Positions 34,542 to 48,003 of a DNA stretch of 64,000 nt are shown here, piece after piece (position 1 is the stretch's first letter; each line of letters opens with the position of its first letter). Origin of the DNA: Diadema antillarum (lineage: Eukaryota); contig NW_027270921.1 in NCBI RefSeq assembly GCF_040938485.1, positions 868,001 to 932,000 on the forward strand. Direction: 5' to 3'. Made by a program: the position numbers and the translations under genes. The notes beneath the pieces were generated by a model. It worked only from the letters and a program-made list of their open reading frames with translations, searched no databases and was not told where the DNA came from.

Positions 34542-34622
34542 ATAGCAACTCTTACTTGAATGGCAACTTCCCATAGCAACAGCCAATCATTTAAACTGGA
34601 TTCTTGCAGTTACCATGACAAT
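34542..34622. promoter_or_regulatory. RFX X-box cluster with a CCAAT box
   Basis: ATAGCAAC (34542-34549), ATGGCAAC (34560-34567), CTTCCCATAGCAAC (34567-34580), AGCCAATCA (CCAAT at 34583-34587), GTTACCATGACAAT (34609-34622). Confidence 0.55.
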
Positions 34623-35678
34623 TATTATTTTTGCAAGAGTAGCTATCATATCAACTTTTAATGATATGGGGCCCAGATCCCCTCCCCCCCCCCCCCCCCC
34701 CCCAGCCCCTGGTGGGGCCGGGTGGACCAAAACCCTCCCCATTACAGAATGTTCCACAGCCTAGCGCCCGTCTTCATACAGATCAAATTTAATGACTGAA
34801 AAATGACACAATTTAGAATTTAATGCATCACAATATTAAGTGGGATGGTATGGCTGAGGGTTATATCACTCGGATCCCTTCTAACTTTCTTGCACACGCC
34901 TCATTTTACAGGCATGAGGGTTGGATTGTTGCATTTCTTTTAATGTAGCTAACTGTATCTCACACACTCTTTGATCAAGCTCAAAAATGGATTATGAAAT
35001 GAATCAAGTACATGCATATACATTTGTAATTGCATATTGCCTGCATGCTGCATTGATTTTAGGTGGAAAACAAAAATGCAACTTGACTTTGCTTGTGATT
35101 TTATTGCTGGCATACTATTACAAATGGCTTTGAAGCAAAGTCTGAAAAAAAAAAATGATGTGTGAGTGTGCAGGGCCTACGATATGTGTTGTGTAGTTCT
35201 GTATTGCCAGCACAATGATGGTATAGCATGATGTTAGGGTTCAGTACTTGATAGTGTTCAGGTTTCTTGAACATGGCCAGGAAGTACCGGTAAGCAGTTA
35301 AGTGCATTAATATGAAAACAGCTCTACAGAGGAACTGATGGTTGGATTGTCCCCTCTGAAGGCCCGTGACAGTGATAACAAAGTGATTTGCCTACATGGA
35401 TGGGCAAATTGCTGTTGCCAGCCAGCAGACACAAACCATTGTGCTTGGCTCACCATTTGGCATATGTCTGCTGGAGTGCTTTCTTGGCTGATTGGCACAG
35501 ATGTTTGGAAATTGATTGTTAGTAAAGTTACAGAGAGGACCCAATCCACTTTAAAGGCAGCCGATCGTCATCCCTAATGGTACGTAATCTCCGAACGACC
35601 GAAGTTTGTGCATGCAATTGCGCAATGCCAGACTCGGTGCTATACCCATACGTGTGGGACAATGCTGCCACTGAGACT

Positions 35679-35848
35679 CGTGTGTGTGTGTGCGTGTGTG
35701 TGTACGTATCATACACAAACATTGTCACCGCGAGCTGCAGTGATTGGAGGAGAGAGGCCAGAAGATGTGTGTGTGTGTGTGTACGCACCATACACAAATA
35801 CTGTCACCGCGAGCTGCGTTTATTATTGGAGGAGAGAGGCCAGAAGAC
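35679..35848. repeat. Tandem duplication of an ~85-bp unit
   Basis: (TG)n-TACG..ATACACAAA..TGTCACCGCGAGCTGC..ATTGGAGGAGAGAGGCCAGAAGA occurs twice. Confidence 0.85.
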
Positions 35849-36910
35849 GCGTGGCTCTTTTGGCCTCTCTTCATGCGCATGCGCACTGAGAGTGTGCGTC
35901 CATTCGGAAGCTCTCGTGGTTCGCTCGGACAGCCATTTTGGGGTAGGAGATTAGCACAGAGAGCTCTCTTGTATCGTAGCGCTTTGTTCGCTGACCCATT
36001 GAGCCAGCGCTATTCTCATTCGGGGTCACTACATTTGATACAGAATGGGGGAGGCAGCGTGTTGCGTTCGTCTCCGTGCCGCACACACCACTCGCCACGA
36101 TTGAGTGCCTTTAACCTGTTGAGAATGAGTCCTGAGTGTACTCGGGCAAGTGTCTGTGGAAGATGCATGTTGTAGCAAGAGCAAACCATCCTCAATGGGT
36201 TAATCTACATTGTGCTACCGTGGCTTTCCTGTTGGACAAAGGCACATTGTTATACCTGAGTGGGTGATTGACTAATACAATTAGGTCAATTGTGGAGGAA
36301 TCACGTGAATGCTGATGAAAAAGCTTGACAAGTTTTACCACAATGCGAGGGCACATAGAGGTATGAGACGGTAGTCCTGTCCAATTAGTCACTTCGTGTA
36401 TGGTCTGTAGTCAAGATACTACTTGAGCAGGATCCTTTATTGTATTGAAATATTACAACTTGATTAGATTTAGTGTTCATTGATAGGATCCACTTTTGTG
36501 CACTTCATGTATGTGTATCCTATCAGGGAGGTGGATTTCCACCTCCCTGATCCTATCAAACCATCCTGGGGAACACTGCCCCATAAAACAGTATTCTGGA
36601 CCTCCCTATTGGACTCAGAATGTAAATTTGCATCATTGCATGTGCGTAATCTTGAGTGATGAGTACCAGTACTGCGCTGCATATGTAGTGATTTAGTTTA
36701 CTATTGAACATTCTGGAAATGATAATGACTACAAGATAGGTCCTACCAAGTTGTAGCACAAGACATCTCTGGACTTCATACTTGCTTGTTCCCATTCCCC
36801 CTATTTTTGTAGGTCCAGTTGTGCCACTGTGCAAAGGGGGGGGGGGGGCAGAGTGAGATACTAGATTTTTTTTCCTGCATTAAAGTTTCAATAGCAGAAG
36901 AACTTAAAGA

Positions 36911-37410
36911 CCCAGTAGCAGTGGGATTCATGTGTGACCCAATCAATTCACTGCCCACCAGGGTACTGTATATCAAATCCACAAACAGCACCAGTCAGCA
37001 ATACATGCATCGAGGCGTATGCTCTTCGGTATTACATTGTTAACTCTAGTTGAAATTCTGCGGCTGTGTGTTTACTGGTACTTAAAAAAACACACACTCA
37101 CACAACAAAACATAGAGATCAGTGATAAAGCTGTGCATAATTCATTATGGGGATTATCTGTATGATTCGTAATGAGCCAACCTTTTCACTCCATGAATCC
37201 CCATGCTACTGCAGACCTCCCAACCATTCTGAATTTGGAGGAAAGAATCTGAATTTTGACCATTCCCAGCTCTTTCTTCAGTAAGAGCTTCCTATTTTTC
37301 TTGATAATTTTACTACACACTCCTGCAAAGGGATCTAGTCTTTCTTTCCTACTTTTGAGCCAAATCGTCTCTATTTTTCAGTCAAAAAGGTTAGGAGGTC
37401 TGCTACTGGG
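36911..37410. mobile_element. Probable CCCAG-terminal MITE with an inner TIR pair
   Basis: CCCAGTAGCAG at 36911, GCAGACCTCCCAACC near 37211 and GGTTAGGAGGTCTGCTACTGGG ending at 37410. Inner inverted pair GTAGCAGTGGGATTCATG (36915)/CATGAATCCCCATGCTAC (ending 37209). Confidence 0.45.
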
Positions 37411-37932
37411 TGTTTAAATAGTGCTGATAGGTCTTGGCAATTTGACTGCTTTATTCGTTGGTAGTAAAGAGAGGAGCTGTGGTATCAACAGTGTTCTAGA
37501 AGAGATAAAGGGTTTACTTTGTGGTGCTAGTGGGGGAGACAATCTACTTTACACTTGACCAATTTCTTTATGTTGTAAGTGTGCATCAGCAGATCAGATA
37601 AAAAAATGACTACCTGGTATATTGTAAGGAATTTTGTCGCAACAGGCTAGTAGCTGACAAGATGCAGCTGCCCTGGAGAAAAGTTCTTTCACAATAACAG
37701 ACGTGAAGTATGAGCTTCAGAGGTCTGTTAAAGATTGCTGAAACTGAGAAGCAAAGTGTAGTTTAGACCATTTGGCAGTTTGTAAAGTGATCTACTCTCA
37801 ATCTTTATGCTCATGAAGCAGTGACATCATTGTTTGGAGAATAAGTTGAGAGGGAATATCTTTGAGCTGAATTGAACCAAATCCTGAAAGAAAGTTAAAC
37901 AGTCCTTATTTTATGTGACTGTATGTTTAAAA

Positions 37933-37965
<33 letters not shown>

Positions 37966-40436
37966 TGTCAGATTCACATTGAATATGTACAATGTAGTGC
38001 TCTTACTGACCAAACTGTCACTGTAACTATGTCTTACTAAATTGTGTAACTGTCCGTTTGGTTTCACTTTCTCTTTAAGGCCATTCTGATTCCAAGTATG
38101 ATACTGCCCTCTATGGAGGGGAGTGTAAATGGCATCAAAGTCCATTGCATTTTGGGTAATTCAGACTGGAATTGGCACAGGAAACTTAGCTGGTTCAGAG
38201 CTTCTTTGAATTTGATTTGTGTGGGCTTGAATGTCTGAATCTGATTACGGCTTTTCCTCATGATGATTGCATAATTCAAGACAGCTGCCATAGCTCCCCC
38301 AAAGAGAAGGAAAACTCTGACTGTGGACATCATGCTTGTTGGAGTTGCCATCCTCTTCTTGTAGATCTGATGCCCCCCACAAACTCATGTTGGTATAGAC
38401 ACTTGTGTACACTGTATCACGGAACAACTTTCATCTCGATCGGTCATAGGAAATTGGCCCCGTGCGTCAGTTCTCTTACCATCTCTACACGAGTGTGGAG
38501 AATTCAATACTGATACTTCGATTATATCAACATTTGTCATTCATTTTTTTGGGGGATGAGCAATTTTGTGGTTTAGCAGGCATTACTGCTAAGGCGTGTG
38601 CCAGCATTGTCAAAACACTCACAGTCAACTGCACCACTGTGTACAGATCACTGGCTGTTCAAAAACGAACTCGGCAAATTCTTGATGTAATGTACAAATT
38701 GTATGTCTGAGCTTTTTCCTTCTCTTTCTGCAAAGGCAATTTTATTTGATGAACAAAGAATATCAAATATCAAACATATTGACCACTTTTGAACAAAAAT
38801 TACATTTGAGATGATAAAGTTAATGGTAGCTTCTTTCAGAAGAGAAAGTAAATTACAATATGATAGACCCATGACATTATCAGAAAATTCATTTTTGCAA
38901 TTTAATACTGTGTCAGAAGTTTCTGAAAAAAAACCCACCTCAATTTATAGAGTGGCTGTGTTGTTAGCAATATGATATTTGATTACAGTTGGTCATTTGT
39001 GTACACTTTAATAAAAGCCAAGGTGTAGGGAAAAAGTTTACATCAAGATTGTATGGATGTTAATGTCATCACACAATTACTTTGCAACAGATAACATTTT
39101 TTTTTTGGTAGTTTAAATATTATTTTCATTCTTTTTTTTTAGGGGGGGGGGATTTATTTGCCCAACTATGATTTTAAAAAAGTGATGCAGAGCCCTGCCT
39201 TGGATGTCCTCTCTCATTGAGAAGTTGATGATTTGTTCGATTTGACCCTTTCTAATTCACCCTGTCATGAAGCAAATTGTCTAAATTGTACACGATGGAC
39301 TTACAATGTACCGTATGTTATATCATCAGAAGGGTGAATGCTCTTGTGTGATGTAGGTCAATATCAGATCATGTCTTAGTTGCCATGGGTTATTGGCTTT
39401 CAATGACCACGTCTGTGACTTTGAACTCCCTCCCGTCTCACTTTCCTCTTTCTGTCGGGAGAATATTCCAGTGGATGATTTATGAGGTGGCTGCAGAGCG
39501 TTGCCGTGGCAGGGAACAAGAGAAACATTTTGTTTACCCTGTCCGATTTGATTTCTTTCGCAAGGGGCACATTATGCAGTAAACCTGGGGAAAGGATGAG
39601 TGTGATGCATGCACGAATTCCGTTGCTAACCAATTACGGGTAGGGCGAGACAGATAATGAGGGGAAAGAAGAAGACGCAGGACTGTGCACGTGGGACTAA
39701 GAGATGATACGATTGGATGTGATTTACAGGATGTGGGACCTCATGAAAACCACACCATATTTCTGTCCTACACGACAAGGAACTGACACATCAGAGAGGC
39801 TCACCGTCTGGCATGCTGTTCTGATCTTGACAGTTGCTGTTTAGAGATGGGCGTTATCATGATTACAGACATAATTTTGTCAGACAGCACTGCCGCTCTT
39901 GTAGTCTACAGATCATCAAGATAATCGGGAAAAAAACCCCAACTCAAACATATTGATAATACTACTACACGAACAGATTTGTTTCAAAGCTTACAGAATT
40001 TTGGCAGTTGAGTTTAAAGTATAGTTCTTGTCATCATCATGAAACAAGTTTTGAAACTGTAATTCCAAATGTGTGCAACACATGTGTTTCCTAACAAAAA
40101 CATAAATACAGTGGCCCCCGCTAATTGGGAGGGGTTGGGAGACAAACTTTTCTACCATTCAAGCGAGGCTCCAACTTAAGCAGTGGCTGATATTGGCCTG
40201 TGCAAATCATCCCCCATGAAATCCAGTATGTATAGTTGTATATCAAGCTTAACCATGCACAGTAATTTTACCCATTGATACCTACATTAGCATCATAAAA
40301 GGGCAAAAATGCATCACCAAAGTTCCCTTTATTTATATGTACTGCAAAATGATTCTCTTCAGTTTCAAAGTTTGCATTACATATCAAGTCACAATGGACT
40401 GCATTTGGTCGAGATGACTCTCCATAATCGCACTTA

Positions 40437-40641
40437 CTGTAAAACACGATATATTCGCGGCATGAACATTTTGAGAATTGGAGCCAACGGCCTTTCTCGC
40501 AGCATGAAATTTTCGCGAATTGCCACTGGCATCCAATGCATATTGTGTAGGCAAGAACTTTTGCGTGCACTTTAGTTTCGTGAATTTTGGCTTGTGAAAT
40601 TCGCGAAATTAAAATGCACGCGAACATTTCATGTTTTACAG
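40437..40641. mobile_element. MITE family B copy
   Basis: TA|CTGTAAAACACG ... ATGTTTTACAG|TA; same orientation as 9792-10033. Confidence 0.82.
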
Positions 40642-43600
40642 TATGTGCAAGTATGAGTAGAAGCTGACGGCGCTCGATGGGACTGCCAACACAATGCCAC
40701 CATGGTACTGTGTGGTCCCACAAACTATTAAGTCCTACTGCCCAACAGCTAATGTTTCGACTGCAGTCGGCAAAATCTATCTGGGATTGGTTAGAAAATA
40801 ACTGTCCGAGTAAAGAAAAATTAAGTCACTGTTGTTATTTTTGTGGATTTAGTTATCGTTTTTAAGACATTAATGAGGGACCATGATAGTGCTTTGGCCA
40901 ATCTATGTCCTGGTGAAGCAGTTTGTGGTACTGATTAAACAGAGAAACTAACATGTAACAATTTTTTTTACATTGAATTTCATTACGATAAAGCGATCTT
41001 CCCACTGCTGGTATTCAAAAGCAGTTCCCTAATATCAGGTGAGCGCTGGGCTATGATATGGATTCAATCACACTGTTGACTTCTTCAAATAGGATGTTAG
41101 GGTATGTGATGGGATCAGAGCAGATACTGCAACTTTTGGCACACTGGGCTCTAAAAGTGAATTTTCCTTGTATGTATGTGTGTTTGGTGGTGTGTGTCAT
41201 ATGAAGGTTTTTTGTTTTGTTTTTGTGCAAACAACAAGGAGAGAGCCCTAAGAATGCATGCTGTAATGATTGTATTCAACCCTTTCCTGTACATACCCAA
41301 CCCCTGCTTGTCCAAAGATGTTTTTGCAGGACTGGTAGCAAGGAGTGTTTTCAATATCATTGTTAAACCCGTAAATTTTCTAGGAATATTATTTTTGTTC
41401 TTTTGTTAGCACCTTAATCAATTTTTTTTTTTTTTTTTTTTGTTAGGCATCACTCGGTCTACACTAGAAATAAAATGCCAACGGAAATTCTTATTCATTA
41501 TACAATGATCATTTAAGTAGCATTGATTTGTACAAAGGAACTTATTGAATACTTAACAAAACAAGCTCTGGCAGGATGGAAATCTTTGTTTTGCACCCTC
41601 TCACAATCATAATATGCCCGTGAAGGCAACAGCTTGTCTTTTAAGTTGCTGCAGAAATAGGCACAGCTGTGTTGTCACTGATCTTATGTTGTGGTTTGCT
41701 TGGGCGACGACATTGTACACGTGTGTCAGATCACTTGGACGGTGACAAAGGGGTGAGGTATCCGGGGAGGGGAGGGGATTGAGGCAGAGGCGATAATTTC
41801 TCGGGGGGTCATCGCAGGAAGTAATTCACAGGTACAGTAGCCCTGGAGAAGCGCGCCGTAGTTACCAAGGGCGGGATGGTGGGAGAAGAATGACATCGAC
41901 AACACCTGTTGTCGTTTTATTAGGCTGCGTTTGATGGGTGCTGCATGCCAATTACTGATGACACCACTGTTTTTCCCTTCGTAATGTAGAAAGAAATTAT
42001 CTGATGAAAAAAGGGTTGCACCACATCATTATTGGAGAGAGTACAACCCCATGAAACTGCATGTTAAAGTTGACTTTTGACAAAACAAATAAAATCAGAC
42101 CAGACATGGAAAATTTTATTGGAAACTGAACCAAGGTATGACACTTATGAAATCTTCTTTCATGTTCACATGTTTCCATGAAAAAGCATTCATTATTACG
42201 ATTCAAATCATAAGCCACTCAGATGTCCTCGCCTCACAACTTTCCAATTGGTGCTTGCATATCAATGAGAAATATATATCAGAAAACTAAATTTTGATGG
42301 TCAATATAAAGTTTACTGTAAGTGCCTCGTCCTTTACAAGTCATCATTGCCAAGTCAATAAAACTCATGAAATATTATGCAAAGGGTATTATCATTTTAT
42401 TTGATTTGTTCTGTTTTATATTTATTCATTTCTTCTTCTTACAATTTGTTAAAGAGTGGAAACGGGAAATTCATGTGTGTGCAGGCCAGTGGGAGCCTTG
42501 TAAGGCAATTGCTTAAACATTACCTCGTCTATCTTGCATGTGTGACTATGACGACTGTAACTGTCCTCGGAAAACTTTATTTAAGGGGACCTCCAGACTA
42601 AGGACAACTTTTGTATATCTGTTTAGTTAAATGTTTAAAGATATATGCCCATGAAATATTAGCATCTGATAGCCATGATTTCTTTGGCCAGAAAACCAAA
42701 GAATTATTGGTGTTTATGAATTTTATGGAGTGTCTTTGCATGGCCTTCATTTATTTGTTCATTTTGATGATACTTGTTCATTCAATGCTTACTGCTTCTA
42801 AATAATCAGGTCCACTTTATTAATAACAGTGAAGCATGGTAGTAAATTTTGCTTGATTCTGGTGGAATCTGAATGCGTAAAAAGTTGTACTTTGCAATGC
42901 TCCCTGTGATTACAGCTGGCACTAAATAAAACCATCAACTCCATGGTTGCACCAAACTGCTTTTGTACCTCTCTTTTCTTATCTGAGACACTCATGAACA
43001 GATGAACCAAGGAGCTTTAATTAAATTGTTTGAATAAACACAGACAGACCAATGTGCATGGATACATAGTAATTGTATACGCATTATATACAGACAGACA
43101 GACACACATAACTGTACTTGACATGACTCCAATGGCCGTGTTCCTTGAGTGTCGATAGAAAAACTCACCCATTTCTTCCACTTACCCCAGATATTTCATG
43201 AATGTGATATTTCAAAAATTGGGACTTGTAAGACTGTTTTGCAAGTAGTTGAATTCACAGTCAAGCAAAACTGCAATGACAGAATGAGAAAGAAGTATTG
43301 ATACCCCTTTTCAAGAGGAAAAAAAAACCCTTTTTAGTGTTTTCCCAATTTCAAGATGATATCAAAGTGCACAACACATTTTGTGTCATGGGAGGCAATA
43401 CTTTTGCGAGTTGATGATTATGCAAATATTGGCTCACATGCAACATTAACAAAAATAAACCTCAAGCACAATGTACAATACCACTGGATATGTGCTCATG
43501 TTATCATGTCTTCTAATGTCATTCAGTCTCCTTTCTGTGGTTGTCAAAGTTTGTTTTTACCATCAACCACCCCATGGTCTGGCATTCTACAAATCTGTAG

Positions 43601-46600
43601 TGTCAGAGGAAATGTCCGCACAGAAATGCGCAAATCTGGAAAATGACAGTTGAGTTAACTGTCCAACCAAAATGCACATCTACATCATGTACAGGCATAT
43701 TTCTCTCTGTATGTTAGTTTTGTAAATTACGTTCAACTTATGTGGGCATGTTAACAGCGATTGCCAGTGTGAGGAGTGCGGAAACTGTGACACCCGGCAC
43801 TCCTGATGTACCCTCCCGTCTGTCAGCGGGCCAAGAAGTGAGAGATATTAAATGAGTAGTGCTTCCTACTATTTCGTGGTCACAAGAATTCATTGTCTTT
43901 GGGCTCCTGGCAGCCTGAAGATGTTCCAAGAGACACGTCATTGTCCTTGGGTGTTTGGTGAAAGATGTCTTCCTCTATCGAATCCTGGAGCATTATCCAG
44001 GAGACATCTCTGGCAATGCAATTTGATTCATTGACAAAAAGAACAACACAAAAATAAACTTGTACAGTAAGTACAGCATGATTCATGCAATTCTGTAGTT
44101 GTTTAAGTCCTTTTTTCTTAGTTTTGCACACTAACAGTTTCTGGAAGAGTCAAATGAATGAAAGTTGGATGATAATCTTTTTATAGTGCTCTTGTAATCC
44201 CTGTAGTCAGGCACTTGACAATACACAAGGTTGATCCCTTTCTTGATTTAATCAAAACGTATTTCTTAACTCAAAGTTAGATGCTTCTACAATCATCACC
44301 ACCAGTGGGACGAGGATTAGTTTTTAGAGGAAACATCCTCTCTAGTCCTTATCAAATCCTGGCATCATCGATAGAGCCAGGGATCTCTGTAATGCCTGTG
44401 CTTGATGAATGCTGTTCTTCAGCATGTAGGTGAGTTCATGCGTTCGGCTGGGTGAAAGATGGGTGCGGGCATCTTTCCAGTCCCGACTGAAACCGAACCT
44501 TGACGTGTGACTCATGCCCAAACATGATGTTCGTGTTCACCGCGGCTGTTTGCTGAATGTCAAGACCCCCTTAAGCTGTCCCTGATTGCAAACGGTACAA
44601 ATTTAATCAGCTAATTACGCTCACCGAGGAGCAGATGCAACACTTCTCTGCCATTTGGGCAACGTATGGTTTTGAGTTTCCATTTTCATCTTTGGCCACT
44701 CTTTGCAAATATCCTGATCTTCTGCCCAACTTTGATGAGATAGGTTAGATGTGATAATGATCACAAGTGATAAAAAATATTTTTTTTTGTTTTCTTCTTC
44801 ACATCAAATAAATGTTACAACTTGAAAACTTGAAAAAAAAAAAACATTAACAGTGGCCATAAAAGGCAAAGTGAGGGGCCTATTTTATTTTTATCACAGA
44901 ATACATGTAACTGTAATACCCGACATCGATACATTTCATATATTAATACATAGTTCATGTACGTCAGATAATAATGAAGAAAGAGAGTACAAATTATATG
45001 GCTTTCAGTTTTGACACTTCGGCTCCAAAGTGTGCTAGAGGTATATGACTGTGGGTGCCAATCCGTCCGTCCATCCTGATGATATCATGATTTTGAAATT
45101 TTTTGGACCAGAGTAAAAGCTTCATGGAATTTCTTGGACCAGATTTGCTGCATTTAAGTAGTTGCAGTGATTAGATTTTAGGCAAAGTCCCATTAAAGGT
45201 CAAGATTCAAAGGCAACTGAGTTGATACTAAAATGACCTTGGTTAGAAATACAAAAGACGATAATCTCCTTGAAATAACAAGTTATGGTGTAAAGGTCAA
45301 AGATCTCTTCTTTTGCAGATTAAGTCATTTCAAGTCATTACTTCAGCTGAAAATGTCAAGTGATGATGTAAGTTGTTGAACAATGCAGTATGACTTAATA
45401 ATTATTTTGCACAAACATGATAGTGGTAGTAGGTCAAAGGTTAAAGGCCAATCTACTTTGATTGAACATGTCATGTTTGAGTCATGACTTCAGCTAGGAA
45501 TGTCCATTGGAAGTATCATCATGTAAGAAGGATAGAATGTAGGAATTGTTTGGAATGACGGGTCAAAGTCGGGTCATATCGGAGTTTTGTATCCACATCT
45601 GCTCTACGCCAGTTGAATTATAGATATATTCGTATGGTACCGGGGAATTTGCGAGTTACATTTATTTTAACTACTAATCCAATTGGATAAAAACAACTCA
45701 CATTTGAAGAACAAAGGAGAGAAAAAAAGTTAATACATGTGGAGGGAGCATGAGATTCCCAGGCAGACAACAATGAGCAAGGATAGGAAACTCAAAGTGA
45801 GCATGGACAAGAAGGTTAAACGAGTAAAGTGAGCATGTATACACAGATATTCCAGAAACTTTACAAATTGTTGTTGTTGTTGTTGTTGTTGGAGCTGTCA
45901 ATGGTGAGCTTTCCGAGTAATGAGGACATGCCATATAAAACATCACAAGTTTTCATGTTGCTATTTTTTTTTTTTTTTTTTAGTGAGAATGGTCCATTTT
46001 TTTAGACATCTGGATCTAACTAAAATTTAAGAAACTTGCCCTGTAACCCTCTTGATTCTTCATTGTTAATGTTGTTGTTGTTGTGTATATGTGTATTGAG
46101 AATTCATTAATATTGTATATAGAATGTATCTTGCTGTAACTAGAAAATAACACAGAGAAGCAGAGGGTAGGGGGAGGAAGGAGGGAAAACCGGAAAACCA
46201 GTCAAAAGGAAACCACTTCTAGTGGTGTGGAAGTCTACTCACAAAATTTCAGATGGCTTGTGTATCAGATGTCTTGTGTGTATGTGTGTGTGTGTGTGTG
46301 TTGGGGGTGGGGGGGGGGGTGGGGAGAGGGGGCTGTTGAATTAAGTGGGCGAGTCAGGTCGTAATATTTTGACACTAATGAGATATGAGGGAGCAGAGAG
46401 ATTGTGATCTGAATCCAGTCTCTCACACAGATTCTTACAATCATCTGTTCAAGATGCCCTCCCCCATGAGGAAAGGAATTAGTAAATGAAAAAACAACAA
46501 CAAACAAACAAACAAACAAAAACTAGGAGAACATGTAGAAACAAGAGGTCATTAACATGGTAGTGACTTAGAAATAGAACTCCTCCCCCCCAAAAAAAAA

Positions 46601-46818
46601 AAAATGAAATAAAACAGAACAAAAAACTCAAACAAACTGCATATTATGTAACAGCTACATATCTAGAGCCAAATGAAATGTTGATTTCATCGTTCAAATC
46701 TGTAAAGAGAATTCTTTTCTGATGTCAAAGAAATTTAACATGTGGCACTCTTTTAATTCGTGTACAATGTACTGATATTGCACTGTACATGCATTGGATA
46801 TTATTTGCAAGGTTGCTA

Positions 46819-47105
46819 AGACATCTCCGAGATGTCACGGACAAAATTAGTCTCCACAGCAACAGCCACAACTATTAAGGAGTTGTCACATTTTGTCTCC
46901 CTCTACACATTTAACTTGTAGAGGGAGACACATTGAAGCAACTCACACCTGAACATTGAACGTGTTCAAATCTCCCGCGATTCCCTGGAGACCCGGTCAG
47001 TCTCCAGTAGATGTCGTGGAGACTTCACAGAGATGTCTCCACAACCAGTGAGGCTTAAGTCGCCTCCAGGTTGCCATCGAGTCTCCCTCCAATTAGATGC
47101 CCACT
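46819..47105. repeat. GAGAC/GTCTC-rich dispersed repeat, copy 1
   Basis: Aligns, diverged, with the reverse complement of about 51356-51537; contains a perfect 14-bp hairpin at 46894-46930. Confidence 0.65.
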
Positions 47106-47626
47106 TTAGACTGCTACGTGTACATTGCGTTGCTCAGTGGATGCCATGATAGATGATTTCATAGCATTCAAACTAGCCAAACTTAAAAATCTTGTCAACT
47201 GCCAACTGGGCACATTCAAATTTTCACCAATAGTTTGCCTACACATTGCTCACCTGTTCTCTGAAATGAGTACCTTTCTCTTTAATAGGCGAATGTTCCT
47301 TTAAGGCTCATGCCTCGTCACCTCCAGACACCTTACGGAGACATTCCCATTAGCTCCCCAACACCTCTTCAATCAGCCCGTCTGATGGACGCTGCGTTTC
47401 TTCACACGTTTCCATTTCATCGTCCGCCCCTATCTCAGATCTGACAAATTTCCTGCATCGTAAAAAGCTGCAAGGCTCCCTCTCCTGCTCTCTCTCCTCT
47501 ACCTGTCTCTTGTAACTCTGTGGCCTTTTAACTATCACTAGCATACATCATGGATGGATGGCAGGGAAAACAAGGATATCAGTAGACAGTGGCTGAGAGA
47601 GAGAGAGAGAGGGAGGGGGGCCTTAA

Positions 47627-48003
47627 AGGATGGTATAGCTGTGGTTGAGATGGGGATTCAGATTTGAAGTTTTTGCGAAATGATTAGAAACCACCTTGAT
47701 GAAATGTTAAAAGCATATAATTCTAAAGGGATTTAAAAGTTTTTTGATGAAAATCGGTTTTGAAATGGCTGAGATATCCAAAGAAAAAGCAAAACAGAGT
47801 GGTTCAAGGTGAGTCCCACCTTTTCTTAGGACCACTTGTTTTACTTTGTTTTTGGACATTCAGAGTCATTTCAAAACAATTTTTATCAAATAAGCTTGAT
47901 TTCTTTCAGAATTGTATGCTCTTTTAGTATTTCATCAAAGTGATTTCTAATCACAAAAGGTTAAAATCTGAATCCCCATCTCAACCAAAGCTACACCATC
48001 CCT
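47627..48003. mobile_element. TTAA-flanked MITE family C (Kolobok-like)
   Basis: TTAA|AGGATGGTATAGCTGTGGTTGAGATGGGGATTCAG ... CTGAATCCCCATCTCAACCAAAGCTACACCATCCCT|TTAA, TIR about 35 bp. Homologues at 51551-51833, 59470-59851, 63704-end and a fragment near 10200-10250. Confidence 0.85.

Noticed and set aside
40268-40723. 151-aa minus-strand ORF
   Set aside because: Spans a family B MITE; similar pseudo-peptides appear at 612-827 and 62021-62314.
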